A stretch of 64,000 bases of DNA from Camelus ferus (GCF_009834535.1 NC_045697.1:113772001-113836000); one strand, 5' to 3'. Shown: positions 1 to 13,970, counted from the stretch's first letter. The notes: generated by a model not told the origin, from the sequence alone. Made by a program: numbers and translations.

Positions 1-39
1 GAGAGTAGCATTCCTTTGAAGTTAAATATTCTGTCCCAT

Positions 40-59
40 CACACACACACACACACACA
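40..59. repeat. (CA)n microsatellite
   Basis: About 10 CA units seen directly. Confidence 0.9.
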
Positions 60-361
60 AATTGAGCTGAGAGAAAATATTCTACTAATTAAGGCAAAAG
101 ACGTTATATTTTTAATCTAGTTAAATAGTATATCTTCTTACAAGTAATGAAAATAACAAGGAACTTGCAAATTATTTTAAAACCAGTTTAGTTACGGTTG
201 CCCACAGTAAAGTGATTAAATAAAATAAAAAAAAAAGGAGAAGCATCAGACAGATCAATGCCATTGAACCTGTAGGAAACATGGCTGTGGTGGTGATCTG
301 TCGTCTTTTGGTGGAAAGTGTCTGAACCTTCTTCGACGTTCTGGGTCTTCCCCCCACCCAC

Positions 362-839
362 GTGTGAGTTGTGCAGAAGGCAGAGTATGTTAGTTACTCA
401 AAAAAATGAAAACGAGAGACACACGCACTTTCCCACCGTCCCTCATAGCCCAGAAGCAAGCACATGACCCAGGCTGTGAAATGCATTAACCCCGGGGCTA
501 AAGTAAGAATCTAGAGGTCACTCATGCATAACCTAAGGGGACTCTCTCAGAAAGTAGTTTCCTGGGTGCCAGGGACAGCACTGGTGTCCAGAAACAGAGA
601 ACTAGCCATGCCAGTTACATGCAGCATTTAGCATCTTACCAGCGGCGGCAGTTAGGTTCTCAGATGGCTAACAACAGTGCCAATTTGGGTGTGATCTTCC
701 TGTCTGTGAAAACTCAAACTTAATTTTCTAGTTACTCTGGCGGTTATGGGAACAAACCAAATCCATTTTCAGAAACATTTCTTCTATGATCAGAGTGGGA
801 TGGTTATATAGCTTGCAATTTGGATTCCTAACTGATTCA
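362..839 (+). mobile_element. Ancient ERVL-class LTR remnant (LTR33/LTR41-like)
   Basis: Contains 'cactttccca..cct..cacatgacccaggct' and the 3' end 'gcttgcaatt..cctaactgattca', resembling old ERVL LTR ends. Subfamily uncertain. Confidence 0.45.
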
Positions 840-1099
840 AAATGGAATTAGTAGCTCTAAGGCCTCATTACCATATTAAAATCCATTTAACACAACATTG
901 ACAAAATACTGTTATTTCAATACTCAGAATGAAGAAAGATCAACAAGTTATATTCATAAAATATCAGGAGATGAGTTGGATTATCTTAATTGGGTCTTAA
1001 TAAATGAAAAACTTTTATTCAAAGAAAAACATTTTGGCTGATTTTATAGTGGAAAAATATTGTATATTTTATAGTGGGGAAAAAAAAAACAGATGAAGC

Positions 1100-1315
1100 T
1101 CAGAGCTTGTCAAATAAATTGATATCTAGCTTTTTTACTTTCCATCACGTGGATTTAGATAAGTCATTTAAGCTCTCTGATTCTAGATTTCCTCCCTCAT
1201 ATGGAGAATAAGAGATAGACTTTTCATGTGATATGATGGTTGGATTAGAGCTGAAAGATTTCAAATGCTTATCATAGCGTCTAGAGCGTGACGGGAATCC
1301 ACAAAATTACGTTAA
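1100..1315 (+). mobile_element. MIR SINE remnant
   Basis: Core 'gataagtcatttaagctctctga..tttcctc..atggagaataa' resembles the MIR core. Confidence 0.6.
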
Positions 1316-1817
1316 TTGATATACAATGGGATACTAATGAGTCTTCTTAAACTGTTCTTTCTGGGCATGGGTTTTAGCTCCGTGTGTTCTTAAACGTCTA
1401 CAAGGTGGCTTCGGAGCCAGCCTGCCCATGTGCCCGTGTGACACCCTTGGTATTACGCTGGTGCCCTTGCTGATGGTCTGGTGTGTCTACTATATTGATG
1501 ATTAAATTTTTGCCATTCTTAGTTGTACAAGGTATGGGTAGGGACTGGAAATCTGCTAGGCTGTTTAAATAGTATCATAAAACAAGAGAAACACTTTTGT
1601 AACGCCTGAGTATTCGTGTTTGCAGTTTGTATCTTTCCTGACCACCTGTGACGGATTCTATAGGTTGACTGCCCTGCCTGAATTTTTCAGTTTACTTCTT
1701 GATTTCTTAAGCTCAAGCTGAAGATCAATGAAATAAAGTGATAGGTTATCCCATCCCAAACCTTCAACGTGCCTTTTCATATTGACTTTAGGTACCTTTG
1801 ATGCAACGTTAATTTTT

Positions 1818-2282
1818 AATCTTTTTTTTAAATTGAAGTATACCTGGTTTACGATGTTGTGTTGGTTTCTGGTGTACAGTATAGTGTTTCAGTTATACGT
1901 TTATATATTCCTTTTCATATTCTTTTTCATTATAGTTTACTACAAGATATTGAATATAGTTCCCTGTGCTATAGAGCAGGACCTTGTTGTTTACGTATTT
2001 TGTATATAGTAGAGTGTATCTGCAAATTCCAAATTTATCCCTCTACCTATCTCCCTTTCCCTCTGGTAACTATAAGTTGGTTTTCTATGTCTGTGAGTCT
2101 ATTTCTGTTTTGTAAATAAGCTTGTTTGTGTCTTTTTTTTTTTAATTTAGATTTCACATATAAGTGTTATCATATAATACTCACCTATAAAAAATAATAA
2201 AATAATGCAATTTGCAGCAACATGGATGGACCTGGAGAGCATCCTGATAAGTGACATAAGCCAGAAAGAGAAAGAAAAATAC
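1818..2282 (-). mobile_element. 5'-truncated L1 with inverted 5' segment
   Basis: 1818-2178 is an antisense L1 3'UTR ('ttgaagtata..acaagatattgaatatagttccctgtgctata'). 2178-2282 is the adjacent upstream L1 segment in the opposite orientation ('tttgcagcaacatggatggacctggagagcatc'). Confidence 0.85.
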
Positions 2283-3054
2283 ATTAGTTTTTGATAGTTT
2301 CTTTGCCATGTGCCATGTGTTCTGAAAAGATATTCTAGATTCATGCTGTATTTTTCTGCTCCAGTTACATCTATTTTTCTCTGTTCACAATGAAGAGTTT
2401 AGCTTTCATGGACAGAGAAGATAACAGAAGTAGAATTTCACATAATAATTATTCACTGATTTAATTCTGCATTTCATGTGCAATATTCTCTTTGAACAAT
2501 ACCAATATTACTGTGACCATTATGATTCAAAAAAGAAATTATGTATTTTTGTCATTTCGTCCCATTTTTAAATGTGTAGATCTACATTATCACACTGTAT
2601 AGTCTTTATGTAAGGTTCCTCTGTCTTGAAGCCCTCATTTAGTCTTTGTACTAAATGCAAATCTTTCTCTTCTCTGCTAGTGATGATGTATGTCAGTGTC
2701 TGACTAGTCATTTTGTTTCTCTGAGGTCTGAGTTCTCCTAGCTTTCTCTTCCAAATTGTCTGCAGCTTATAAGCTTAGAAGCCAGTTTAGCTTCATAAAA
2801 TCCTTGGCTCCCATTTTCATTTCTTGCAAGCTCAAATATATTTATTTTGGCATAACACGTTATTTTTGGAAACTCTGGTAACAATTCCAATCTGGTTATT
2901 TTTCTTGTCGTTTGTTTTGTTTTTCATATCAGAAGAGTGATTTGATCTTTTCACTCGAATATTTAAATGACATTTCTAGCCCCCCCCTTCCTCGCTTCTT
3001 CCTGCCTCCTTACTTCCCTTTCTCTGGGTCCTCTTCCTCTCTTTTTCTTTTGCC

Positions 3055-3084
3055 CTTTCTTTCTTTCTTTTTCTTTTTCTTTCC

Positions 3085-3138
<54 letters not shown>

Positions 3139-3152
3139 CTTTCTTTCTTTCT
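3055..3152. repeat. (TTTC)n simple repeat / pyrimidine tract
   Basis: Seen directly. It produces the spurious F/L/S-rich ORFs at 2912-3169. Confidence 0.95.
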
Positions 3153-5339
3153 CTATTTTAATCTGGTAATTATTTTGGAATTTATTTTGTTGTTGATTGT
3201 TCTGGGCTAATAATATCAGGTACGTATTTCTAAATGTATTTTAAAATGTTTTTGTTTTTTTTTTTTTGAGAGGGAGAGCTTCTTTGAGTTACAGATTTTA
3301 GCATTAGTTTTAATTTACTTGACTTTCTTTTCTTCTTTAGGGAATCATCTTATTAGATCTTATTATTCTAAACATTTTTTTTATCTGTTTTTGCTGAACT
3401 ACATATTTATCTGTATACTTATTCATGTCTATTTATTTCTAGTTCAGAATTCACTGATTCATCTGAAATGTTTTCCTTTTATTTATCACCTCATTTCAGA
3501 GTTTTCCAATTCTAATTTTCATTTTTATTTTGTTCTATCAAATTGTATCACTTAAAAATATGTATTGCTTCTTTTGCCATGATGTTCATTTGTTCTGTGA
3601 GCCTGTCTTTCTAGAATGCTCTTCTTCGTCTATAGCAATGTCGCTCTGCACTTGACTTGATGAGAATTCCCAGCCAATCCTTCTTCTGCAATCACACATT
3701 CAACAGTGTGAAGCCACTGTTTCAAGTGTGCCCTAGCTCATGGCACATAGCTGGGGTGCTTCTATACTCAAATATACAGTTAAGTTCTGTATCTTGAATC
3801 AAATTATCCTGAGTTGTTTTCTGTCCATGTTCACCTTTCCCCTCCCCACCGCCTACACCTCTAGCAACAATAGCAACAACAATAAAAGGTGGGGGTAGTA
3901 AATAATGAAACCCACATAAGCAGATTTCACTAAAACTTTTGTGAAAAGATGTGACAAAGCATTTGCATTAGTTATCCTTCAGGAACTTAATTTAAAATGT
4001 GTCTTGGTGTTTTTAAGTCACATAACTATTGATGGAGCAGGGCAAAGTGATGACTGCTGTCTCACTGGAGTTCCCTGTCTCTGTGTATCTTCTCTCTCTC
4101 AAAGATGGTGTGTTCGCCACCTTCTTCCAGGAAGAGAGACAATACTGTGTGCTAGTGCAAGGCACTGCTGGCTGATACACTGTTTTCTTTATTTATTAGT
4201 AGTAGTATTACTATTATTTTATTATTATTCCTAGTCTAATTACTATTTTAAATTTAAAAGGGATTTTCTTTTTGAACTTCATTGCTGTGCCAATATTTCA
4301 CAGAGACACAGAAAATGTAAAACAGCAGGATACTTCCTACTTCAAATAAATGATAAGAATGATTAAATAAAAATTAGAACTGTATCCCCTAAAGTAATAT
4401 TTTAAAGCTTTCTGTGAATAGCAATGTGTGACTGACTTGCAAGTCGTAATTACAATGTGAAAAAGACTCTCATTTATTTCAATATTCTTTTGTCGTAATA
4501 AAGTAGATTTTTTTCTCTTTTTTTCAGCCTAAATTGTATTATTTTATAGATACATGTCAATGATAGGTGTATATTTAATATATTTACATGTACATACACA
4601 TGTGATTAAATAAATATGTTCTATATTTGCCTACGGAACAGCAAACACAGGCACAAAAGGTCCTCTAGCAGGACAAGGGAAGGGATGTTTGTTTCACTAA
4701 TAATATGAAGCACTAAGAACTATACCTGGAATATATTTGGTTCTCCATAAATAGTTCTTGAATGGTTGTTCCTAATGCGGCACTCTGACTCTTTTTCTGC
4801 TCAGACGTCCAGGTCCATTAGTGTTTGGCTGTAGAGACAATTTGTTCACAACCTTTCATTTTCATGATCCTCTTTGTTTCTCTTCAATCGTATTTTATTT
4901 TAAATAGATTATCTAGTATCAGTGTTTTATTTCTGCAGTTACTTTTCATTCCTTCCCTGTTGCTGCATTTGACATGCGGTTTTAGCTGAAGTTACAGATG
5001 AGAAGTAGCATCTTGGTTTGTGCCAGGATTCCTCCTGGGGACTGCAGTCTCTTCACCTGTGGATGATTTTGGGAGAAAAATGGATCCACGTTCATTATGC
5101 TTATCCATTCTTCTCAAGATGCAGAAACGCTGAGATGAAGGAGAAAGATTTGATACTGTTAGTTTACTGATATCCGCAACTTTCTGCCTTTGATTTGTAC
5201 AAAAAAAAAAAATTTCTAAACATGTGATTTGACCAACTGGTATTTACAGTAATTGGTCACTGCAACTGGCACGAACCTCATAATCCGGGGAGCCTGTGAA
5301 CCTTGCTCTTATGGTGATAAAGAAATATGTTCCAAGGAC

Positions 5340-5705
5340 CACGGTGGTAGATTCATAAATGCCTCCTTTTCTACTGTGAAGGAGGTGCTTATTTTGCCTT
5401 GCCCTCCCAGGACTGGACTTTGCTATGTCACTGCCTTTGGCCAATGAAATGCCAGTATCAGTTCCAGAAAGAAGTGCGAAAATAGCCTGTGCTTTGCATG
5501 ACACACTTCCTCTTTCCCTGTGCTCTCTCGAGTGAAGAGCTCCAGATAAAAACATGATGTCAGCCTTGGTCTCAGCAGGAGGTAACTTGAGAACGTGAGC
5601 CCCTTCTATGCTCATAATGCCCCTTACCTGAGAATGGGCATGGACAATAAGGGAGAAATGAAATTTTATTGTCATAGACCACTAAGATGTTTGTCTGTCT
5701 GTTTT
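5340..5705 (+). mobile_element. MaLR LTR (MLT1H-K-like)
   Basis: 'ctatgtcactgcctttggccaatgaaatg' and the 3' part 'gagaaatgaaattttattgtcatagaccactaagatgtttg' match old MLT1 LTR motifs. Confidence 0.65.
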
Positions 5706-6249
5706 CCTTTGACCTTATTTATCAGTAACTCCTGTTAGAGAAAATATTTTCTGCCTCATAGTCTCCAGTTTACCAACTAAAGCATTTTCATATTTCTCAA
5801 AGTCGACCATCACTTTGGTATGCACACCTTAGTATGTGTGAGAGTATTACTTTCCACTGAGCCAAGTCCTTTTCTCTGTTTGTTTTTCCCTCCATGCCCA
5901 GTGTGATGGCATAGATCTAATAATTCTCCTGTTGAGGTGATATTTGTGCCAGCAGGTGAAGTGTCCTTACTTTCCAGTGATTCTCAGTCATGGTCATGTA
6001 ATGAGTGGACTTCACTGTGAATCATGCATCTTCCTAGGGTCTAAAACATTTGCCACTAGGACCAATTTTCTAATGTATGTGACATGTGATTCCAAGATAA
6101 CAACTGGAATGTCCTCATTAGCCAGGGGACTCTTCTATTTGGGGTTCTTGTTCCCTTCTATAGAGCACCTTGAACCTGTCATAGATGTATTATTTCAATT
6201 TAATTGTGCAATAATTTATCACTGAGGGGATAAAGACCATGAAATACTC

Positions 6250-8065
6250 AATTCATAATTGAAGATTTAACCAGCTCTGGAATGCGTATATAGCTAATGA
6301 TCTGGCAACATGCTGTTTTCAGTCTCCATAAGGAAAGATGATAGACATTGTATCCTACCTCAGAGCTACAGTAACTTTCTTACACATTTAAAGAAAATTT
6401 GGTCACCTTAATGCTCTTAGATCAGATTCTCTATTGATCAATGACATTAGGGGGCCTGATGAAGAGAAATAATTACTTTCACTTCCCTGGTAAGATTCAC
6501 TTGCAGCAAAGGCTCAAAAATAAATGTTATGATGGTTCAGGGACCCGTCACATGGGGGACTTCGTAAATGCTCCACTTGTCTGAAGATGCCAAGGCATCC
6601 CATCGATGGAAGGACAAATTGTTACACCTTGCCTCTCCTACCACTAGTACGGAGAACAGTGCTCTGTAGGTATTTTTGGATTTTGGAGCAGAATATAGCT
6701 CTTTTTGGAATACTGCTTCAATCTATTCATTAGATAATTCAAAGACTACCTACCAACTTTGGGTGGACCCAGAGCAAAACAGTGCTCTGCAGGAGATCCA
6801 GGCTCTGGTGCAAGCGGTTTGCCAGCTTGGTCATTTCATCTGATAGACCCAAAGGAGCTGGAGGTAAATGAGCTTCTTTCACGGAGTTTCTGGAAACAAT
6901 GATCAGGGAAAAACAGTGAAGACTCATGCATTTCTGGAGAAAAGGTGTGATGTATGTAGCAGAAACCAGCAGATTTTGACATGCTGCTAGGTCCCAGGAG
7001 ATACTCAGCACCCAGGGATGGAACAGTGAGGACCATGGGATCAGAGGTGACCCTCATGAACTTGATGTGTCAGGCGTGCCAAATCAGAAAGCTGGGTACT
7101 GATGGAGTCTAACCATGTGTAGAGTGTGTAAGTGAGAACATAAATAGCATGTGCATCCATGTCTATGCTATCTCTCTTTGTCACATTGACCTCTCTCATT
7201 AAGCCCCACCGTATGGTGTCATAGGGGAGGAGGGATTAATTCCTTATGAGTCGCTGATGTAGAAGAATAATCTGGGTCTTCGATCTAGAGCAGATCAGCT
7301 AGATAAGCTGGTTTGACTAGAAAACTGGACTTCTGCTACATCACAATCCAAATTAGAGGTGACCCTGAAGGCAATAGTGAAACAAAATCCTTCCATCAGC
7401 TAGAGTCTTAAGCCATATGCTCAGGTATCCACTTTGAGTGGAAGGAAAATTGCTAAAGCAAGGGTATATACAGATTTCTGGGCAGTGACAAATAACTTGG
7501 AAGGAGAATTAGAGTCTTGGGTAGTGAAAGAGTAGAGGATCATATACAAGAAGTTCTGGGCAGTAGGCTTGTGGGTGGATCTGGTGGTGGATCTCTGTGA
7601 CCCATATTAACCCAGCTACTAAATGTCTGACCTGTCACTGGCGGGGACCATTGCTAAGTCCACATCATGGATATCTGTCCCATTTTATGCCATATTACCC
7701 AGAAGTTATGGGCCAGAGGGAACATTGGAGTGGCTCTTAAACATATAAAGAAGGCACCAACTCTGGAATGGTACCCTGTAGAGTGTTGAGGTGTATTTCC
7801 AGATATTGAATAAGGAGCCGTTACAAGATGCTGCATCTCAACAACCTACAGTATGAGTCCAGGAACCAAGAGATAAAGTGGAACGGGATCCTCTCACCAC
7901 TGTCCCCAAGCACCACCTAGAGAAAGTTACGCTTTCAGCCACAGCATTGTCTCTGTTGGATTAGATGTCCTGATCCTAAGAATGAAATGACTCCACCGGC
8001 TGACATGGTAGAATTTCCACCAGTCCTACAGTTCTGACTGTCAACTAGTGATTTTGGCCTCCTCG
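6250..8065 (+). mobile_element. Degenerate ERVL internal relic: pol (RT, RNase H, integrase pieces) and start of dUTPase
   Basis: Broken translations match ERVL Pol: KDKLLHLASPTT (6610), VGIFGFW, PEQNSALQEIQALVQA..DPKELEV, RVYTDFWAVTNNL..GLWVDL, and a dUTPase-like stretch (GLDVLIL..PP..FGLL) near 7960-8065. Many stops and frameshifts. Confidence 0.85.
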
Positions 8066-9169
8066 AGAGAGGACAGATTGAACTTCGAGTGAAGCTGGAA
8101 TGGATCTGAGTGATGCCATACGTAGGCTGTGATGGCGCTATTGGAGCCTGGCCTGTATCTTCTCAGTCTATTCTGAATTCAACGGAAGCTTCGGTGGGTT
8201 TCTGGACACACTGCCTCCCACCTCAAACATCTGTATCTTCCTCCCTGAAGCCCCACTCTGACCTTAGACGCTTACCAATCATAGTCGGAAATATCACATT
8301 CTTGAAAATAAAATTAAATAACAAATGATAGTAAAATTTTAATTATCTTCTACATTATAACACTGTACTCAAAGCTAGACAAATTCACTCAGATAGTCTA
8401 GATTAAAATGAAAAGAGCAACATCAATGATGAATTTTAAAATGAATACATTAGGGTCCCCTCTAGCCTTTGTTATATTTTTATGTTATATTTTTAAGAAA
8501 CATTGTATACGTTTTAACATGCACAGATTATTTCTAAACTTAAGGCTAATAGTATTTATTTGAGTTACTTAACCATCTCTATATTTAATTACCAACATTT
8601 CCAATGATAATTTAATTTGTTTTCTGAACTGAAAGAAGCAGTGAAAACATCACAGGCAAATTGAAGTTGCTATTTTAAAAATTCAGAAGCATAAAAGATT
8701 TGAGTAACCCTAAAATACTACCCAGCAGGACACAGAATCTGAGTGCTACCTGCTTCAAGGTTAATTATATCTGACTCACAGCTGGGGACACTAAGCATCC
8801 TTGATAATGGACCAGCTTAGCTCCTCTCTCTATGTTCTTGACCCCATTCACCCTGTGGTGTAGGGGGTCTCCCAGTATTTCAGCTGTGTCCTTTCATTGT
8901 CCCAGGTGCTGACTGTGTTATTCTGCACCCTGTGGTTTGTGACCAATTGGCTGTCACTCTGGTTCTCATTGTCAGAAAATTTCTATTTTACTCTTGGGCA
9001 AATGGTGTCATTTTGGTAAGTTCTATGTTATATGTGAGCCAAATGATTTCAAGAGGGCTCTCTCTGCTGTCTCCTATATATTTACATCAGTGCTCCTGTG
9101 CAATTGTGGAAGTCAGGTCTGGAGGATTTAAACCTAATAGTGATTTTTTTTTCACAAATTTCTTTCCCA

Positions 9170-9788
9170 TTAACTGTGTTGGATCCATCTCAAGACTAAA
9201 TCATACATTTCCTAAAATGTCCAGAATTCACTCTAATCTTTCTCTTTCTCTCATGATCATCCTAATCCAAGCTACCATCATCTCTTGCAACAGATGCATA
9301 AATAACCATTATTCCTGTGCCAACTCTTATATGCATCCACTCTTTAGTAGCCAGGTGTTAGTTTTGAACTATAAATGCAGTTCTGGCCATTCACCTTCCA
9401 TCCTACCACATCGATTCACATTCAGATCATTCCAGGGCTTTGCACGAGGCTTACTTCTCAGCGCTTCCTATCCCTGGGCCTCTGCATAAGCTTTGCTTCT
9501 GGCAGCCCCTCTGCGTGTAATGCTTTCCTCCACATGTCACCTGTAATTATCTCTTCAGCATCCTACAGCTTCAACTGGCAAACCGTACATGCGTGCCTTC
9601 CACAAGAGCTCCATGTGCTCCTATAGCATCATGCACTTGCCCTAACTAGTTCTTCATTTATTTTATTCTTGGATGGTCATTTGTTTATCTCGCTAGACTG
9701 TCAGTCTAATGAGGTCAAGGCTGGATTCACCACCGTATAGCACTTTCCATGTAGTGGCCTTCAATACGCTTCTGTTGAATAAATAAAT
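9170..9788 (+). mobile_element. L2 3' fragment
   Basis: 'cctaatccaagctaccatcatctcttgc' and the L2 3' terminus 'ctagactgt..gaggtcaagg..tcaatacgcttctgttgaataaataaat'. Confidence 0.75.
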
Positions 9789-12124
9789 TGCCTCAGATTT
9801 CTACCTTGGAGTAGTAGATATTTATAGTGTCTCCTCCACACTTTAGACTAGTTCTGAAAGCAAGTATGAGACGTTTCCTTCTGTCCTTTCCTTTGCATTT
9901 ACAAGAACATAGGAAGGTAGCTTTCCAGAGTACCAAGCGGGTCTAGGTTGGGAGGGTGTGAGAGGCAGTAATAATGTTACAACTGGTGGATTAGGGAATA
10001 TGATGGAGTTCGAGCCATCAGTATCGTGGTCCACGGAATTCAGGAAAGAAGCGAATATGGCAGTCCTCATTCTAATTTTTCCTCCCCCTTAATCTTGCCG
10101 TTGTTCTGTTACCACCAATTAGTTGCTGACTTCTCTTGGTGACTGTAAAATCGGGCAGAGGAGCTGTTCTGCACTGAGGACTTGAGTACTCTTTATAACA
10201 TTAATTCTATGGGAGCAGGCACTTCTGAGCTCAAACAAATGGAAAGAATGAAGGAATGAAATGAAGAGGAACTCTTGGTGCACAGCTCATTTACAACCTG
10301 AGGACTGGGCTTATCAAAGACGAACCCTTGGACCACATCTTTTTCAGAATCGTGTCTCCAAAACATTTGTGTTGCATGAAAAAGCAAAGAAAATCTCTTC
10401 TCCCTGAAGGAGGAGACATTTTCATAAGAGTGTTTTATGTACATTACAGAAAATTGTTGGATTTACTCCAGATAAATTATTCATCATTCTTCCTGGGCGA
10501 TGGTAAGACTTTAAAGCAATGGCGAAGTTTTTGCTTCATCTCCATAATGTAACTTTTCAAATATTTCCCGTTATACTTTAAAATGTGTTTCAGAAATTAT
10601 GAGTCAGCGGTAACAGCTGCTCAGAAAATTATTGAAGGACTTAAATATATTTTGTTTAAGAAACCATCTATTCTTTGGCAATTACAAGTTTACTATCTCA
10701 TAGCAAAAATCATTTAAAAAGTGTTAGGGACACATCATCTTAATTTCCCCAGATTTCAACTGTCTGTGCTTTACTTCCACAATCCATGAACTCCTGCACC
10801 TTATCACTGAGGTTCTTAGGATCCTTCATATTTCCCCTCAGATATTTCTCTATTATTCATGCTTCAGGGCTTTTTTGGAGGGCCCACGAGGTGCCCTGCT
10901 CGCCTTTTACACGGACTTCTGGGGGCTGTAACCTGCCAGCTCCCTGCTGGTTTGACCATTTTTTCCGCAGGCACTGCAGGGTTCTACCTGATGGAACAGG
11001 CGCTCTCCTGAGGGTCTTTCTCCCTGTCAGCATCTTCACTGTGCTGTTAGGCGCTTACGGATGCTGCCTTGGGAAGTACAGACTCTGACAGGTGCTGTCA
11101 CTGCTGTACTGAGCACTGGGGCGTCTCTCCTGCTGCTGCAGGTGTCATCCCCTTTGCAACAGCCCCAGAAATGCCTTGAGGTGGCAGCGGTCCTCATGCT
11201 GTGTCCCTCCGCAGCCGACAAAGTACAGGAGAATGCATCTTTCTTTTGATACTACATTCCATGAGATTTAGAGACATTCACAAGAAGTATGTGCTGTACC
11301 TTGTCTTATACAGTTTTACTCAGACATTCTTTCCTGTATTTATTTATTTTTATTTTTTACTCTATCATCTACCTATTTTCCATAGTTCTCGAGCATGAAT
11401 CCATTGGGAATTATGCTGTGACACCAACCTCAGCATTCCAGCCCTAATCATGACCTTAATACAAAAAGATCCAGGGCATCACTGTTCATAATACATCTTC
11501 AAATTCTACTTTGAATCAATGCCTCCAACCCCCACCACAATTACAGTCAAATTGCAGAATGAATAACATTTTAGAAAATTCTCTTCTAAATTATTGCAGT
11601 AAAAGTACTATTCTACTCCCCCCCTAAAAGCTAATACTAAGAAAAATAAGAACCTAAGGTAATGCAATGTGGAACACACCACACAAAAATAAACATACAG
11701 ACATACATGCATATATATGTTAATTAATTAATTAAAATACAAAGATTATGTCTCACAATGCAATTCAGTTCATGTAAGCAGACCTTCAAACTCAAATTAA
11801 AAACGCTTTGTGTCTATCGGCCATTTACCACCACTGAAAACCTAAGCTTAACTGAAAATAGAAAAAAAGCATGTAATATAAATTATGAAATACATGTTAA
11901 AGATTGTTGCAGACACAATTTATTCTTTATTATACTCTCAAGCAACATTTAAGGCAAATTTCCTTAAAAATAGAAGATAAAAAGTACATGCTATAATGCA
12001 AAATTTAAAAAATGTGAATTACTAAGAAATCTTCCTTGGTCTGCAGATATGGAAAAATGCGACCTCAGGATTTATTCTAATAACATTGACAAAAATGCCA
12101 TCAATAACTAGGTCACAATGACTT

Positions 12125-12863
12125 GGGTCACCGCCTGGAGTTAGGCCAGACTTCACAAGTTAAGGACATTTCTCTACAAGACCGCCCTACTTCAGACAAC
12201 AGCTGCAAGTTTGGGGTTCCCAGGCACCCACAGTCCTGGACAGCTGGCCACAAATGGGAGAGTTCCTGCTTCTCCCTTAGGTCCAATAATTCACTAAAAT
12301 GACCCACAGAATTTGCTGACAGTACTATACTTACAAATGCAGTCTCTTCATAGCAACAAAGATACAGATCAGAGTCAACCAAAGAAGAGATGCTTGGAGT
12401 GAGGTCTGGGAGGGTTCCAAACATGAAGCTCCTATGTCCCCAACAACTGGTCACCCTTCTCGCATAGCAACATGTAGCAACACACACAGGCTCTTGTTCC
12501 ACAGTAAAGCCCACCTGAGCTTTGGTGGCTGGAGGTTTTAGTGGGGTCTCATTGCATAAACTTGATTGATTAAATCTTTGGCCATGGGATTGAATTCAGT
12601 CTGTATCCCCTTTCGTTCCCTGAATGTTGTGTTGATATCAAACGGCTCAAAGTCCCAACCTTCTAATCACATGGTTGGTCTTTCTGGAATGGCCAGCCCC
12701 CATCCTGAATCACCTTTTTAGAATAAACTGTCTAGGGGTCCATCATTAGCATTCATTATTAGAACAGACCACGAATAACAAAGACCTTTCCATCACTTGG
12801 GAGATTTGGAAGCTCCCTCCCAGGAACCAGAGACCAAGACCAGCCAAATTCTTGGCTATACAA
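12125..12863 (-). mobile_element. MER21-family LTR
   Basis: 'cctggagttaggccagacttcacaagttaagg..caagaccgccctacttcagaca..ggtccaataattcactaaaatgacccacagaa' matches the MER21 antisense pattern. Confidence 0.75.
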
Positions 12864-13119
12864 TAGGAATTCTGTCCACACCATTTATTTCTTGTTTAAC
12901 CTTTCTTTTTCAAATTTCATATTTCAGTCTGTAATTTTAAAATACCTCTTGATCTATAGTAAGTCACTTTATTGATGTGGAATTTATTAACATTTTATAT
13001 GACACTGCCTCTGACATCCTTTTTGATCTCTCCATTACCATTTTCATGATCTTATTCCTATCAAACCAATGGTGGTACTATGTCATATAAATAGGTCGTT
13101 CCCTAGCAGTTATGTCTTC

Positions 13120-13970
13120 AAAATTTACGCGACAAACAAGATAAACTCAAAGAAAACCACACCAGAATGCATCATAATTACACTTTTGAAAACTAATGAC
13201 AAAAAAAAAATTTCAGTTTTATTTTTTATTGAAGTGTAGTTGTTTTGCCATGTTAGTTTTAAGTGTACAGCAAAGTGATTCAATTATACATATACAGACA
13301 TATATATTTTTTCTTTTGATTATTTTCCATTATATGTTATTACAAAAAATTGAATATAATTCCCTGTGCTATACAGTAGGTCTTTGTTGTTTATCAAAAA
13401 TAAAATCTTGAAAGCTGTCAGAGAAACAATATATATTTTTGTGGGGGAAAAATCCAGTTCAAATGAGATCTGGTTTCTCATCTGAAACCATGGAGGCCAG
13501 AAGAAAGTGGCATGATTATTTTTATGTTCTGAAATAAAACAGTTGTCAACCATGAATTCTATATTGGGTGAAATTATCTTTCAGGAGGGAAACATAGAAA
13601 AAAAAGCATTTTCTTGCAGAGAAAAATGAAGAAAATTTGTAAATAGCAGGCCTCCCCTTAAAAACTAGCTAAAGGTGTTTTTCATGTCGTATCGTATGGG
13701 TCCAAACAAGAGACCCTTTCTTGAATTTTAAGTGAGTTCTTATATAAAATGCTCCTTACAAGTTTATAGATGAGCATGTAAGTATATGATTTTTAAGTCA
13801 TACTTGATTACTGGAATGAAAATAAAATTCTATATGATCCTCAAGACAGCATTTAAAACTGGAGATAGTAAAAGGTCTTAAATAGAAATGAGGTTTCCAC
13901 ACTTTATTAGAAGCAGTGAAATGTTGCTACCTGTAGACCATCATAAGCCACATGTGTATGCTATAATACA
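13120..13970 (+). mobile_element. Old L1 ORF1-region fragment, interrupted by a younger L1 3' end
   Basis: 'aaaatcttgaaagctgtcagagaaa..ttctcatctgaaaccatggaggccagaagaaagtggcatga' is typical L1 ORF1 sequence. Confidence 0.75.
13212..13395 (-). mobile_element. Short L1 3'UTR insertion nested in older L1 ORF1
   Basis: 'ttttattgaagtgtagttg..tgtacagcaaagtgattca..tccctgtgctatacagtagg'. Confidence 0.85.

Noticed and set aside
2912..3169. Hydrophobic Phe-rich ORFs resembling membrane proteins
   Set aside because: Translation of the (TTTC)n repeat.
8932..9489. 185-aa ORF
   Set aside because: Non-ATG start, overlaps an L2 relic, and has no recognisable protein family.
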